Source of the DNA: Auanema rhodensis
Taxonomy: Eukaryota; Animalia; Nematoda
Assembly: GCA_964057225.1 (NCBI GenBank)
Contig: OZ059894.1
Coordinates: 6,448,001 to 6,512,000, forward strand
Direction: 5' to 3'
DNA length: 64,000 bases
The translations under genes and the position numbers were made by a program. Positions 1 to 13,756 of this stretch are shown in pieces. Each line of letters starts with the position of its first letter. Position 1 is the stretch's first letter. The notes under the pieces are model-generated. The model was given only the letters and a program-made list of their open reading frames with translations, had not been told where the DNA came from and did not search any database.

Positions 1-1548
1 TCCAGCTAAGGAATGGGCCACTCTTTATATAGAAATTAAGCCTGGTACGTCGAGATGGAAAGTCAAATTCAAGCTGTTCTCTTTTAATACGGTTAAATTT
101 TAAAAGCTTACTGAAAAAACGAGATGTCACGTCTTTTTTTTTGGAAATACAAAGCATTACAATAGCTAGAACAGGTCATTGGTGGGAACTACTTTGCACT
201 AGTACTGTCGTTTATTAACAACATATCAATTACGATAAGAAAAAATAAAAAAAAAGTAAAAGAAGGAATAAAAAAAGCAGCAATTTGAGAACAAAATGAA
301 GCCACAATATATAACAAAAGCTGAGTTCTAGTTTTTTTTAAAAAGAAAAGAAAAACGCAAAAATAATTAACTTCGATCAATTGTTCTATTTGGCTAAATT
401 GACATTCAGTATAGTAGTAGCAGTCATTGCTGAGTTACAGAGAAGATAACAGCTTCAACTATATTCACTGATACAACATCTGCTTCTATTTTTCTAGAAG
501 TATGTATGTTAAATGGCCAGAAGAGAAGAAATCCCATTATAAACATGTTTAAGGCTTGTATAGAAGTGACTGGATTTATCCAGGCCATTAATTTAATTTC
601 AATTCACATTCATTTTCATTTTCATCCAAAACTTTATTTAGATCCAGATAACGTTGAACATAAAATGTCAAAAGAATAATTATCAAAGAAAAGAAAGTTG
701 ACAATCTTAATTGTCTTGCGAAAATAGAACATCAGTGAAAGTGTATCCAGAAATTCTTTAAGAGTTTCATGATAGTTTCGTAGAATTTGTACAAAAGTAT
801 AAAGATTGGAACAGTTCCGTATTTCATTGAAATAAATTAAAGCAAATTCAAAACGTGGGATTGTAAATATTTATGCAGAAAATGATTGGACTTCATTTTC
901 CTCAAGAATAGCGGTTACATGGTTGCATTTCTTAAATAAGATGAAACTGACCATACATACGACACTACTTCAATTACAGTCAAGAAAAAGTAGCAAAAAG
1001 ATGAAATGATAATGTTACGCCCATACTATTTGAAAATATCGAAACTTTCTCCAAAACTAAAAAGATCATGATCAGTCCCATCATCACCGCAATACTTTTT
1101 AATTAATGGCAAGAGAAATCGCGAAGACAGTGACAAGCTAGATGAAAACTTATAAGTTGATCGCAACTTTTTTTTAGTGTCTTGTAACTAGGTGGTCTAA
1201 TAATATCCGTTTACTGTCTATTTCAAGAAGAACTAAGGTTGCGTCTTCATATGGAGGTGAAACAAACTATTTTCCAAAACGTTCATTTATACAATTTTAA
1301 TACAATAGATCATCATACTTTGATCTTACTCCTTTAATATGTACATCTTCATCAAGCAAAAGGGTGTTAACAGCAAAACACCTCATTTTAAGGACGTTGA
1401 TCGAAGATTGATAATTCAATATTATTTTTTAAAAACAATCGAAAAATATAAAAAATGTAAAACAGCATTATAAATATCAGATTCATAGTATAAATAAAGA
1501 AAGGTTGATTAAAGTTCGATTTACAAAATCATCAATGAGGCGGAGAAA

Positions 1549-4139
1549 TTATCTATGCGCAAATTGATCTCCAAATTTCTTTTGAATTTTGGCTTTTCGG
1601 ATTGAGTCCAAGACGGCAGATACTCTTTTAACAGTTCGCTTATTAAGGAGTTTTTCGGTGAGACGGTCTCGTAATGCCCTCCCACTTGGAACCCGCTTAG
1701 CGCTTTTTTTCCCATTTAAGGTAAATGACTTCCCAGTTCCAGCTTCGAGATCTCTGTGAAATGATGAATTAAACCGTATAAGAATGTTATAAGAAAAACC
1801 TTATATAGTCTTCGTCCTCTTCATAAATGCATTGTGAACCTTTTGGTTCCGCTGCTAGTGCCTGTTGCCTCCACCGCTCCTCACTCCAATAACTATCTTC
1901 AGTTATAGGGAACCCTTCCGTATCTCTGTCTATTATCGGACCATGAATTGGGCATCTATAAAAACAATCATTCAAAGAACAAACTGATCTACAAACTTTG
2001 AAAAATCCATTCGAGGACAAAGTTTCCCACTAGTTAACCTGGCTTTGCATGCCTTTTTTGGGCGTCGTTCTGGACCTACATAGGTGAATACTCTTGTCCT
2101 ATAAACATCCTCTGATTCAGTCCTAGGGCTGAAATAAACAATGATTTTGTAATTAAGAACGGTGCAAACCTATCGGCATCATCAGAAGGTCTCCAAAAAC
2201 GATGACAATCAGAATTATTCATAGGAACCTGAATAGGTTCCCTTTTCTCCTCTCCCCAATATTTCAAATCCAATCCAAATGGTAACACAGGTACATCAAT
2301 ACGATCAGGTAACTTATCTACTTTACTATCATCTTTATCCTAGATATATATAAAAATTCAAATCCTAAAAATGGGATTTAACACTACCATCCTCTGAGGT
2401 GTTAACGATTTACTGCAGCATGGCTCATCACTCGTAATTTTTTTCATTATATACTCTGGGACTTCATAAGGAGCAACAAAATGTTCAACTAAAAATTAAC
2501 TATCAACACGAGTGCGAAGATGTTATCATACTTTCTTTCTCAGGAACATCTTCAAGGTCGGAATCATCATCAGAAGATTCATGAACCATTTTCTACAAAG
2601 CGACATTTGAAATGTTTCCACATGGCTTGTAATACCTTAGTTTTCGTTGGCAAATTCAGTTCGTCAACTTTTTCACAATAGCCATCCATTCTCGATTTAA
2701 GATTAATTAATTCTTTCATCAGTTTTTCTGATTTTTCTGATTTGGTTAAGCCTAGCAGCCATCTATTAACAAAAAAATTAGTGACTGAAATAGTTACAAA
2801 GTAAACTTATTTAGAGTGAGTTTATGATGCTCTAAAGAAAGTTTGCAATCACGCACAGACTGAAACAACCAATCAAGATATTATTCTATGGAACATATAC
2901 CTGGACTATATCTCTATTTTCATCGGATACTTTTACATTTGGCACTACGTCTTTGATTACGATAGAAATAGTTTCATTATAGTTGTAACCGTGCAAATTT
3001 TTCTTGAAATAATTTAATAAAAGCTATATCGAAAAAAACTTACATCAAACTCCTTTAATCCTGAAGTTGTTTCTTTAATCTCAATGGGATCCTCTTCAAA
3101 AACAGGAACAAGAATTTTTAAAGCATTGTCGATTTCAGTAACGCATAGCTCCATATCTTCCTTAGCTTCATTGAATTGAATTCGAATTTGAGCAGCTTTC
3201 TACAAAACATTAAACTTGACGGAGAAAAATTAATGCAACCGTTTCAATGAAACTATAACATTAAATAAAATTCATACACCGAACATTAGACTGACTAGAT
3301 TATTGAACATGTCACAAATCCCCGATAATAAAATTAAGAAGCCTTGGACTAGTAGCAATCTTACCCTTTCAGCCCTTTCGGCTGCACGTCTTTCCTGTTC
3401 TTCACGTTTTTTTCTCTGGATAACCAATTCTGTTGATAGGTTATTGTAATCTACAGACTATAAAGACAAAATTTTTTGTTCAAATAATATACGATTTCAT
3501 ACTGTCGATCTGTTCAGAAATGCATCTACATGATTTAACTGATCATATCCTGGTCCATATTTAGTATGCCACGTCTTAATCGTCTAGAAAAAATTTGATA
3601 CATCTCTAAGTAAATAAGTATCAAAAACTTTCAGTGCGTAAACCCTCAAATCATTTGCTTCAGGGTTAAGACGAGGCATTGTATTATAGATAGGATCAAT
3701 TTTGCAAACAAGGATCAATAAATCCTGAATAAGTTCGAATCGTACAATATCAATCAACGAGTTATGCTTACTTTTATACGTGCGCACATTTCAACTCTAA
3801 AAAGATGAGATCTATTGAAAAAATAATCCATTATTGATAGTGCTTTTTGCTTTCTAACCAAGCTTTTGTCATACTGCAAAATAATGATAATACATTCCTT
3901 TATTGGAAATAGAACATACCTCGAGCTTAAAAAAAAGACGTTCCATAAGTGGTACAACTAAATTATCATTTTTTATAATAATTGTTTTTATAATTTTTAA
4001 TTCATTTGCTTTTGGATCAATATAGACCGTTTCACGCTGAAAGTTTGTATTGATTATTCAGAATTTGTTTTAGCAGTTATACATCTTTGAGTAGTTCTTC
4101 AACTGCTTCCATTATCCTTTGGTCATCAGCATAACTCAT
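1549..4139 (-). CDS. uvs-1: UV-stimulated scaffold protein A (UVSSA), transcription-coupled NER; multi-exon
   Basis: Spliced exons give an N-terminal VHS-like region (DYFFNRSHLFR), LPFGLDLKYWG, CHRFW, the zinc-finger segment CPIHGPIIDRDTEGFP and the C-terminus KKFGDQFAHR*. ATG at 4139, stop at 1549-1551. Confidence 0.9.
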
Positions 4140-4383
4140 ATTGGTTTTATAATATAGTCAAATATATGAACATTAAAACTATAATCACAGTCTAGGGAGA
4201 TAAACACCGGGTCTGGAACCGAACAGTATAGCAAATTACGAACATTCAATAATCAACTATTCGTTACGTACACGTAACTTTACACCTTTCAATACTTGAA
4301 ATTCAATTATAAGACTTGAAATAAGCTTAAAAAATTTTTTTTCAATCAAATTAGTTTAATCAGTCAAATTTTATTTTCAGAGT

Positions 4384-5179
4384 ATGTATTCACTATCAGC
4401 GTCATGTAGATTAGGTCGACTTGTTGGCTGCTCTTTTCAAAATATCAATAGGGTTCGAGCATTATGTTCCAGTAAGAACGCTACTTCTAATAATTCTAAA
4501 CCCTGGGAGGACCCGTGGAAACATGCTCTTCCTCCACAAGGTAAATAAGTTTATTTGCAAGCTAGTGAACGTACTTTTTTTTAGATAATACTTATACTGA
4601 TGTTGAAGAACTTGATGTCGATTGGAAGTATGTTCAACGATTAATGCCTCATGATGTTGTACCAGAATTACCAAAACACTCAAGTTATCCTACTCCTAGT
4701 GGATGGAAGCCACCAGCCTGTAAGTTTCTTTAAAATATATTTTTTATTCATATGAAAACTACTAAATAAGTTTTGTGAAATATCCTTTTAGGTCCACCTC
4801 CATCATTACCTTATTATGTTCGTAGAAAGCGAGATCACACGTTTGCTCTATATTTGGAGAGAAGACGGTAAGCCTCAATTTGAAATAGATTTGTTCTATT
4901 TATTTTAAGGGACCAACTCAATGAGAAAACTCTTGATTTTGAGTATGCAGAATTAGTTGTTGTTAGGGGTATAGATGGGGACGTTTTTGTGAGTATAATT
5001 TAGTTAAACTAGATATAACCATCTTTTTATAGGCTTTCGAGAACGACTTGAGAACATTTTTAGAATCTAACCTTGGAAAGCCAGTAGCCTCACATGTGGA
5101 TGAGCTTAAGGGAAGAGTGAAAGTCAAGGGAGCTGAACGATCTCTTATAGAACAGTTTTTGTTTGAAAAAGGTTTTTAG
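4384..5179 (+). CDS. mrpl-49: Mitochondrial ribosomal protein L49; multi-exon
   Basis: TTTTCAG at 4374-4380 precedes the ATG. N-terminus resembles a mitochondrial targeting peptide. Motifs YPTPSGWKPP, LPYYVRR, RGIDGDVFAFENDL, HVDELKGRVKVKG and FLFEKGF*. Confidence 0.9.
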
Positions 5180-5451
5180 ATTGTTGTATTGAAAAATTTA
5201 AGGCCAAGTAATTGTTTATTGTTGACATCGAGAGTTATAAATAGTAATTTTTATACTGTTTTGTTGTGATTCTATGAGTTTTAGACTATACTATCTAGTG
5301 ATGAGTCATGACTACTACTTTTTTTGCCAACTAGTTCTATCGTTTGTTCATCACGAGAACGTCTAACAAAATCTAAAAATAAGTTATGGTTATTCACTCT
5401 AAGAAAAATATGAAGTCATTGCGGAAGAAAGTTTTATCCCTTTCAGTATTT

Positions 5452-7063
5452 ATGCCAGCAGCAGCTGGATGCACCAATTGTAGAACGAAATACAATTTAT
5501 TAACCAGAGAGGTATTGATTTTGTTTTTAAATGCTATGATTTTATAATAGGTTGGATGTCCAAGCTGTGGTCTCTCCTTTTGCAAAAAATGTTTAGGATA
5601 TAAGACACGCAGTCCAAGACAAGGGAATCAGTTAGTTCCTGTGTGCTATGAATGTTATCAAAGAGGAGAAGAGGCTAAACTAAAAAATCCTGCTTTGCCA
5701 GTACAAGTATTTTTATATCATATAAAACTGTATATCAGGAAATATAGACAGTTTCATCCAATAAAGAGACTACTGGAAACGCTGTTATTTCTAATTGGTG
5801 GGGTGAAGGTTTGCCACCACCATCATTAAGGCAACAGTTAGGTACGTTTATTATACGCTTAAGCTATTTAATATATGTCTATGAATTATTTTCAATCAGC
5901 GGTTATTTTAGGGACCAATCCTGCACCCTCGAAAAAAGTTACTGCTCCAGTTTTACCTCATCAATCGCAGTCAAATCCACCCCAGAATTCTAAGATAAAT
6001 TTTGAAAAAGAGTTAGGTGATCGACTTACAGAACTTAAAGATGAGGGTTAATATATTTCTATGATTTTTTAATTTATTTTCATTATTTTCAGGGCGTTCT
6101 GAACAACTTCCTTCAATATCGAATCTGGAGGAGCGTTTGGCAGCTCTTCGTGGTTGTGATGTCGAACTCGTTAGAAATCCTCGTTTGGTATTCCATTATA
6201 TATTTTTTGTTTCTTGTAATATGGCTTGTTTTAGTGGTTCTCGAACAATGAACCTACTATCAATGCTGAAAGTTCTGATGCATTGATAGAACAAGCACAA
6301 GGTTTAGCTATGATCGAGGAAAAGTATGATGCTTAAGTTTGTAATATTCCTTCCTTTGTTTCAGATACGACTTAGATAAGGCATTGATTGAAAGAGTTAA
6401 TAAACTCCATGAAAAAGATCAAACAATGAAAACAGGTATATTATGATCGAAATTCCAATCGTAAGAATACGCTTCTCAGATGTGTCAAACTGTCCCGATC
6501 CCAGATTTTCAACGGTCTCTGATGCTGATTCTCTTATGATGAATGCTGAAGAACGAACACAGTTTGAAAAGTATACTTTACTTAGTTTTAAGATTAAAAG
6601 TAGTGCTGTTTTGAGAATATTAAATGAAGCTGAAGAAGAGAACAAAAAAATCCTTGCCCGAAAGGAGAATGTGGATGAAGAACTCAAAGATGTGATGAAA
6701 ATAAGTATGTGTTGCATATATGTATATTAAAATAAGTTCTATTGAAGCTAAACAAAGATCAGAAGAGCTGCAAAAAATCCAAACAGAGTTTACTAAATTC
6801 TGGGATAAACAAATACATAAGACGGTAAATCTATTTATATTCATCCTTATATATATATATATGTTCGTTTTTGAAATGATTTCAAACAATTCTTGTAGAT
6901 TGAAGATGATTCTGAAAATGATGAGGATATAGATGATGAGATGCTTAAAAAAATTATGAAAGAAGCTGAAGAAACTCCCGACATTCCAGACGAAAAAGGT
7001 AAAACTCAACAAAATGAGTCGTCTCCGAAAAAGGGGTTTTTGCGAAATTTTTTCAAAAAATGA
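5452..7063 (+). CDS. ZFYVE19: Atypical FYVE zinc-finger protein, ZFYVE19/ANCHR-like; multi-exon
   Basis: TTTCAG at 5441-5446 then ATG. CxxC pairs CTNC, EVGCPSCGLSFCKKC and VCYEC, lacking R(R/K)HHCR as in ZFYVE19. MIM1-like LEERLAALRG, acidic coiled-coil region, ends KKGFLRNFFKK*. Confidence 0.7.
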
Positions 7064-7371
7064 TAAAAACTGGTAAAGTGTATATAAATGATAAGTATTT
7101 ATATAAACATTCGTATATTTCTTTGTATTACTGTAATTTTAAATGTTTAAAAAATAAATTATATTCCATCAAATGTCTTGCCTATGGTTCCCGATGTATT
7201 GAGATTATTATGCTTGATAAGTATCATAATCCTGTCATAATGAACAATCGAATGAAAGCGAATATGGGTGGGATATGAATGAATCAGGTATCCTAAGATA
7301 TTTTGAACAGATAAAAACTATTATTATTATTATCTACCAAAGAAGTCTTTGCTGAAATTAAATTACTGATC

Positions 7372-9651
7372 ATGAAGCTACGTGAATTATTAATTCTCAT
7401 AGTGAGTTTGATAGGTAAGATTTGTCTCGTAGTTTTTTTGTTATGTATAAAATCAGGTTCTGCTGCGTTTCCCATGTGCACCAATGGTGAGCCTCCACTA
7501 ATGGAAAAAAATGATGCATTTCCCTGTAGTCGAGGATGTCCCCGAGGCTTTGAATGTGAATTCCAGGTATTTGTTGTATTATTCTATTGATATTTTATTT
7601 TTTTGACACATAGGACTCAGAAAATAATATGCTAGCAGGAATATGTTGTGCTAATGAAACTGCCCTTATGCAAATTTATGGTAACAATGAAAGAGATGAA
7701 CCTGTTTGGATGGAAACAGAGGTTAGTTTGTTCAAAATTATTTATTCTGGAAGTTTTTTTATTAAAGCTGGAAACAAGCACTGTAAACTCTGTTATCCAT
7801 GTAGCATCTCCTCCAGGGTTAAGACCACCAAAAGGTAAAACTTTTCCTCCTCCAGAAAATGAAGATAGCTCAAACAATTATCAAAACCCAACAGGAATAA
7901 CTGTGACTCCGGATATTGTTCTCAGAGGACCTGTGCCTCCTTCATTACCAAGTTCTCAAAGCGATAAATCTGAAGTTAGTGTGCAAGGTGAGAATGTAAC
8001 GGAAAGTCCTAACGAAAGTACAACCAAATCGGCCGAGTCAGAATCAAGCATTGTTACTGCAGTGGAAAACAATAATAAAGATGAAGAAAGCCATTCAGAA
8101 AATAAGAACAAAAAAACATTCTTCTCTGAACAGTCTGGAGAAAACATTTCTGAGATTGAGCTGAGCAAGGAGTCCGACGACTCTGACGAAACTTCAGTTG
8201 AAGACAGTCAAATACGAACGGAAATTTCTTTGGAAGATGCAAAAATTGAGAAGAATAGTACTTCTAACAGTATTGTGAATGATCTCAGCAATATCAACAT
8301 GAACGAACCTGCACCAGAGCATGTTATTATATTGTCATCAGCAGAAACAGCAGAAAACTCCACTTTGGCAATAGATGAGGAAGATGTAATAAGTTCTGAC
8401 CAAGTAGTGAATTCTGGCTTGCTTAATGATACTATGATGGCTACCGTATTTCCTCCAACTCCTAAGCTTGAAATGAATTCGGAAAAAAATGAACAGGATT
8501 CGTTCGCATTTTCAGAGGGAATCACAAAAGAAGAAGTTCAGAGCAACTACTCATGTGAACGCCAAAAATACAAGTATTTTTTTTACAGCCTTAAAATAAA
8601 TGTTTCGAAGATTTTCATGTCACTCCGGTTCAATAAAAACTCAGCCAACTTTAAGATGGGCTTGGAATGCTGATGTTGGAAACTGCGAGTTTTATCCATG
8701 GGGCTACTGTCCAGGTTTAAAAAACTATGGTTTATAAATCAATAGAATAATTAGGAGATCGAATAGTTCATTCATCTACAATTCGTACAAAAGAAGAATG
8801 CTTACAACACTGTTCAACAAGTACAAATTCAACAGAGAGTGGTATTTTTCATTTATATTGCAGTAGTTCTCCCTCTTTTAGAACACAGCGAGAAGGCTCA
8901 TAGATCTCAGATGAAAACCTTTATTAATAACAGTAATATATATATATTGATATTAAACATTTTAGAACTGTTTTAGGCGAAATAAATACACAGGAGACTG
9001 CTTCTGAGCCCCAGGAGAAATCAAAGATTAAGGAACACGAGGTGAGATGAACAAAGCTATAATTCTAATTTAGTAAATAAAGACAAATATCGATGATGTA
9101 TTGCCCATTCTTGCTGAAGATCCTGCTATTGTTCCTGTAATAGCTGCTACTGATCCGTTATCAGAAAGCAAAAGTCTGGTTGAACCAGAACCCATAAAAA
9201 ATGAAGCAGAAAAAAAAATCTTAACTTCTAGTGAGAAACTAAATTATTGTAAACATCAACATCAATTTTTATCTACAGCAGCTTCGAATAAGGAAGAGAT
9301 TGACGGTATTTTTATAGCGCCTGAGTCTGCTGAAGGTATTTTTCATATCAGAGTATAGTATATGCATTACTTCATTCAGAAGAAAAAGTGTTATGCCAAG
9401 AAACGTCTTATCGATATGTTTGCAAATCCGGAATGCCTTCTCAGTTTGTCTATCGATGGCAATTTATCGATGGAAAATGCAGATCTTTCCCTTATGGCTA
9501 TTGCTGGGTTTGATATATATAAAAACTAAAATTAAAAAAGTCTTTTATGTTATTATAGGGCGAGTACAATCATTCTCATCCTAGAAGCAGAGTCGAATGC
9601 CAAAGCTATTGTAAAACTGACATAAGTACGAACTATGCCAGAGTTCTTTGA
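7372..9651 (+). CDS. Secreted protein with a Lustrin/WR1-type Cys-rich module, a long acidic Ser/Thr/Glu spacer and two atypical Kunitz/BPTI-like domains
   Basis: Signal peptide MKLRELLILIVSLIGSAA. Cys module CTNGEP...CSRGCPRGFECE...GICC. Kunitz-like segments CERQKYRFSC...RWAWNADVGNCEFYPWGYCPG...TKEECLQHC and CQETSYRYVC...YRWQFIDGKCRSFPYGYC...SRVECQSYC. Confidence 0.8.
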
Positions 9652-10310
9652 TAAAATTTATTTTAATTCACTATTTATTCCTTATTTATTGTACCCTTGA
9701 TGTGAAAAAACAGAATAAATTGTTTGGTTTAGCAGGATCATAATGACAAACAATACATAGCTAATGGCAAAAAATACTTTATCAATTATATTAAATGTCA
9801 AGAATGTCAATAATGTCTGCTTTTTTCCTGAAAAAATATAGAATATAATGTACTAATGTAAAACATTAAAAACTACATTACTATTTAATTTATCAAATAT
9901 CAATTACTATCGTTGAACATGTCGCAATTATCACAAGTGGCTAAAAAATATTCAAATTTTGTTTTTCATACAAAAATATCAATTTATAACTAAAGACATA
10001 CATATGGACTTCGATATGTCTAATATACCATCTGTACGTTTCTATAAATAAATAAATGGCTTAGCTATGTTCTCTGCATAAATAATTAAGATTGGAACAA
10101 AAATACGATATTCTTTGCTAACCAAGCTTCCTTCAAGAAATTAGTATTATGATGCCTAATAATAGTTTTCGAAATTAAATGATTTCATTGAACAATTTAT
10201 AGTTTAAAATTGTGAAAAACACTACATTCACAACGTTTTTTTAATTAACTTTCTTTGTAAAGAAAAATATCTTGGTTTGAACGGCGCTCTAGCTCAGTAA
10301 AGGGCTATTA

Positions 10311-10345
10311 ACCCGCGATAGCTAATATTCTATTCGGTTCTCGAA
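10311..10345. promoter_or_regulatory. Candidate cct-7 promoter module: GC-rich CCCGCG plus partial heat-shock element TTCTCGAA
   Basis: CCCGCG at 10312-10317 and TTCnnGAA at 10338-10345, about 110-145 nt upstream of the chaperonin ATG. Confidence 0.35.
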
Positions 10346-10455
10346 ATGCCGGACGTGTTAAACTATTCTCCTCGTCTTTTCCCCTTTATTATAAGGGTTC
10401 TTGTTATTTTTTTATTATTTTAGGGGTATAATATAACTGATTTTCCATAGTAAAG

Positions 10456-12584
10456 ATGATGCGCCCACCAATCATTCTCCTTAAGGACGGAACTGAGAAT
10501 AAGCAAGGAAAGCAACAAATTATCTCTAACATCAATGCTTGCCAGGTTAGTTAGTGTAATTTTGATGGGTATATGAAAATTCCTCAGATTGTTGCTGACA
10601 GCATCAGAACTACTTTGGGACCTCGTGGGTTAGATAAGTTGGTAGTTGATAGTAAAGGTAAAAGAACTCCCAATTTTATTTTAAAAAATTTTTTTAGGTA
10701 ACACTACCATTTCCAACGATGGAGCTACAATTCTTAAACTGTTGGATATTGTATATCCCGCTGCTAGTGTTATGGTTGACATTGCGAAATCGCAAGATGC
10801 TGAAGTAGGAGATGGAACAACTTCTGGTAATTTATTTCTGTAAAATGTTTGATATCATTTGATTTTTAGTTGTTGTTCTTGCTGCTGAAATGTTGAAAAG
10901 AATTAAGCCATTTGTTGAAGATGGAGTTCACCCTCAATTGCTTATCAGAGCCATTTCTAAGGCTAGTGATGAAGTAAGGATCATATATGAAATCATATTG
11001 TTATTGAATCATATTATTCAGGTCTTATCACATCTTGATGAGCTTGCTATTAAAATTAATGGAGAAAAAGAAATGAGAGAAATGTTAGTTAAATGTGCAG
11101 CCACCACTTTAAGTTCAAAATTGGTTAGTAAATATATGGTTATCGTAGTTGAGGAAATATTTTATTGTAGGTCAGTCATGAAAGAGAATTCTTTTCTGAG
11201 ATGGTCGTAGATGCAGTAAATACCTTGGATGAAAATTTGCCTCTCAATATGATCGGAATCAAGAAGATCAATGGAGGAAACCTTTCCGTGAGCTACAAAA
11301 TCGGAGAAAAACACTTATTCTATTTTTTAGGAATCTCGTTTAGTGAACGGAGTTGCTTTCCAAAAGGCTTTCAGTTATGCTGGGTTTGAAATGCAACCTA
11401 AGTATTATGAAAATCCTAAGGTTGCTCTTCTCAATGTAGAACTTGAGTTAAAGGCTGAAAAGGACAATGCTGAGATGAGGCTAGCTTCTGTCGATGATTT
11501 CCAAGCTGTAAGTCATGTAATGATATCTTTTTTCACAATTTTCTCAGGTCGTTGATGCTGAGTGGAATATTCTCTACCAAAAGCTTCAAAAAATTCACGA
11601 AAGTGGTGCTAAGATTGTTCTATCCAAGCTCCCAATTGGAGATGTTGCCACTCAATGGTTCGCTGATCGGTAAGATTTTTGTTTTCTTCCCTACTTGATA
11701 TCATCTTATTTCAGTGATATGTTCTGTGCTGGAAGAATTCCACAAGACGATTTGGATCGCGTAATGGCTGCTTGTGGAGGATCTATCCTAACCACTGTAT
11801 CTCAAATTGACGAATCTGTTCTCGGGCAATGCCAAAAGTTCTATGAACAGCAAGTAGGAAGTGAAAGGTTTTTTTTTTAATGCAGCTAATGCATCATTCT
11901 TTTTCTTTTTTAGATACAACTTCTTCGAGGGGTGTGTTAAAGCTAAATCGTGTACTCTTCTTCTTAGAGGTGGAGCTGAGCAGTTTATTGCTGAGACTGA
12001 AAGATCTCTTCACGATGCTATCATGATTGTTCGCAGAGCAAAGAAGAACGATTCTGTTGTTGCTGGTAAGTAATCAGAGTTTTTAATAAAAATCACCTTT
12101 GGTTTTAGGTGGCGGAGCTATCGAAATGGAGTTATCTAAGCACCTCCGTGCTAAGGCCAAGAGCATTGCTGGGAAGGAACAGTTTTTCTGGAATGCCTTC
12201 GCCCGTAGTTTTGAGGTTTTCGAAGGAGTTTTTTATTTTTTTTATTTAGTATGTTCAGATTATCCCTCAACAACTTTGCTATAATGCTGGACTTGATGCC
12301 ACTGATATTCTCAATAAGTTGCGTCATAAGCACGCACAAGGAGAAAAGTGGGCTGGAATCAATATTCACAAGGAAGAAGTAATGAATAATCTGGATGCTG
12401 GTGTTTGGGAGCCAAGTCTTGTCAAGAAGGTTTGAGTTAATTTTCATAAAGATATGAAGAACATTTTTAGAATGCCATTACTGCTGCTACTGAAGCCGTT
12501 TGCCTAGTTTTGTCTATTGACCAAACAGTGAAGAATGTTCGTACTCCAGCTGGAGGACAAATGCCAGGACTTCCTGGACAGTAA
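10456..12584 (+). CDS. cct-7: T-complex protein 1 subunit eta (CCT7); multi-exon
   Basis: [100 protein letters not shown]. Confidence 0.97.
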
Positions 12585-13756
12585 ACTTTTTTCAATGGAC
12601 TTGAAGCGTTGTTCTTGCTAGCTTGAAACTCCACACAAATCTCATTTTGCTAGGTTTAAGTAATGATCTTTTTTAAAGCTTGAGCGTTTTAACTCCATCA
12701 ATATAATTTTACCCTCGTTCTGTTGTTCGCTTGTTATCTTATTGTTGTGCACTTTGTTTGTTGCATTAACGCTTTTTTTTTTGATTTTTTTATACAACAA
12801 TAAAAACTTCAATTATTTTATAGATGTTTTCGCAGAGAAAAAGAAATTTCAATAATTCGTGTAATTTATGATTACAAACATGCGTAAATAAATTTGAAAA
12901 TGAACTAATATTTGTTTGGAATCTAAAGAACAATTTAGAATATTCCAATTTTGATGTAAATATTTAAATTCAAAATGATTCACTCTATTCATAGATAATT
13001 TTCTTCAAGACCGGTTGTGTTTAACTTCCTAGACAGGCGCATATAGGGTGGGGATCTACAGAAATACGAAATGAATGTGGCCACCAACGGGAAGCTCATA
13101 TTGCACATAATCCAAAGCGGAAAAATTTTTTTTTTTAAATTACCGAAACCCATACTTATAAGAGTTATCTTTTTTTCCTACGGTGGCTCCAATTGACAAG
13201 TTGTCACGTGAGATGGCGCTGAATTCGGTTTTTGAGTAGACGTCATATATTCGAATTCTTTCCTACGTACGTCCCGTGATTTTGTATTTGAAATTTTGTT
13301 TTATTTGTGTCAATTCTTTGGTCTGATAATTTTTGCGGCAATTCTTTTTTTAATTTGTTATTTTAATTAATTCAAGTTTTGTATAATTATTTTTCTGTTG
13401 TATATTTTTTGTAGCTTCTTTAAGTGACGAAATGCAGTGTCATTTGAATTTTTATTGATTTGTGTGGAATGATAGAATCCGTAGACCCTTTTCATTTTTC
13501 GTTTCTCATTTCTTCTATGAGAATGGAAACTTTTTGTTTGTTTATGTATTTGGTTAATTTCAGTACTGGGCGAGCCATCCTAACCTACGTGTTTTGTGAG
13601 AGAGTTTGTGAGAGAGAGTTTTCTTTTTTAATAATAAGTGTTGTGAGCGCGTTTTTCAAACACCATCGTCTCATACCAAATCTACTACATATCCTGTTAG
13701 CATTCAGTATGGTTTTAGAAAGTTGAAGAATTGCATAACAAATTCTTATTTAGAAA

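Noticed and set aside
5298-5380. C-box GTGATGA downstream of mrpl-49
   Set aside because: No D box (CTGA) at a suitable distance.
10283-10352. tRNA-like start GGCGCTCTAGCTCAG upstream of cct-7
   Set aside because: No canonical GTTCRA T-loop/B-box or cloverleaf; better explained as promoter sequence.
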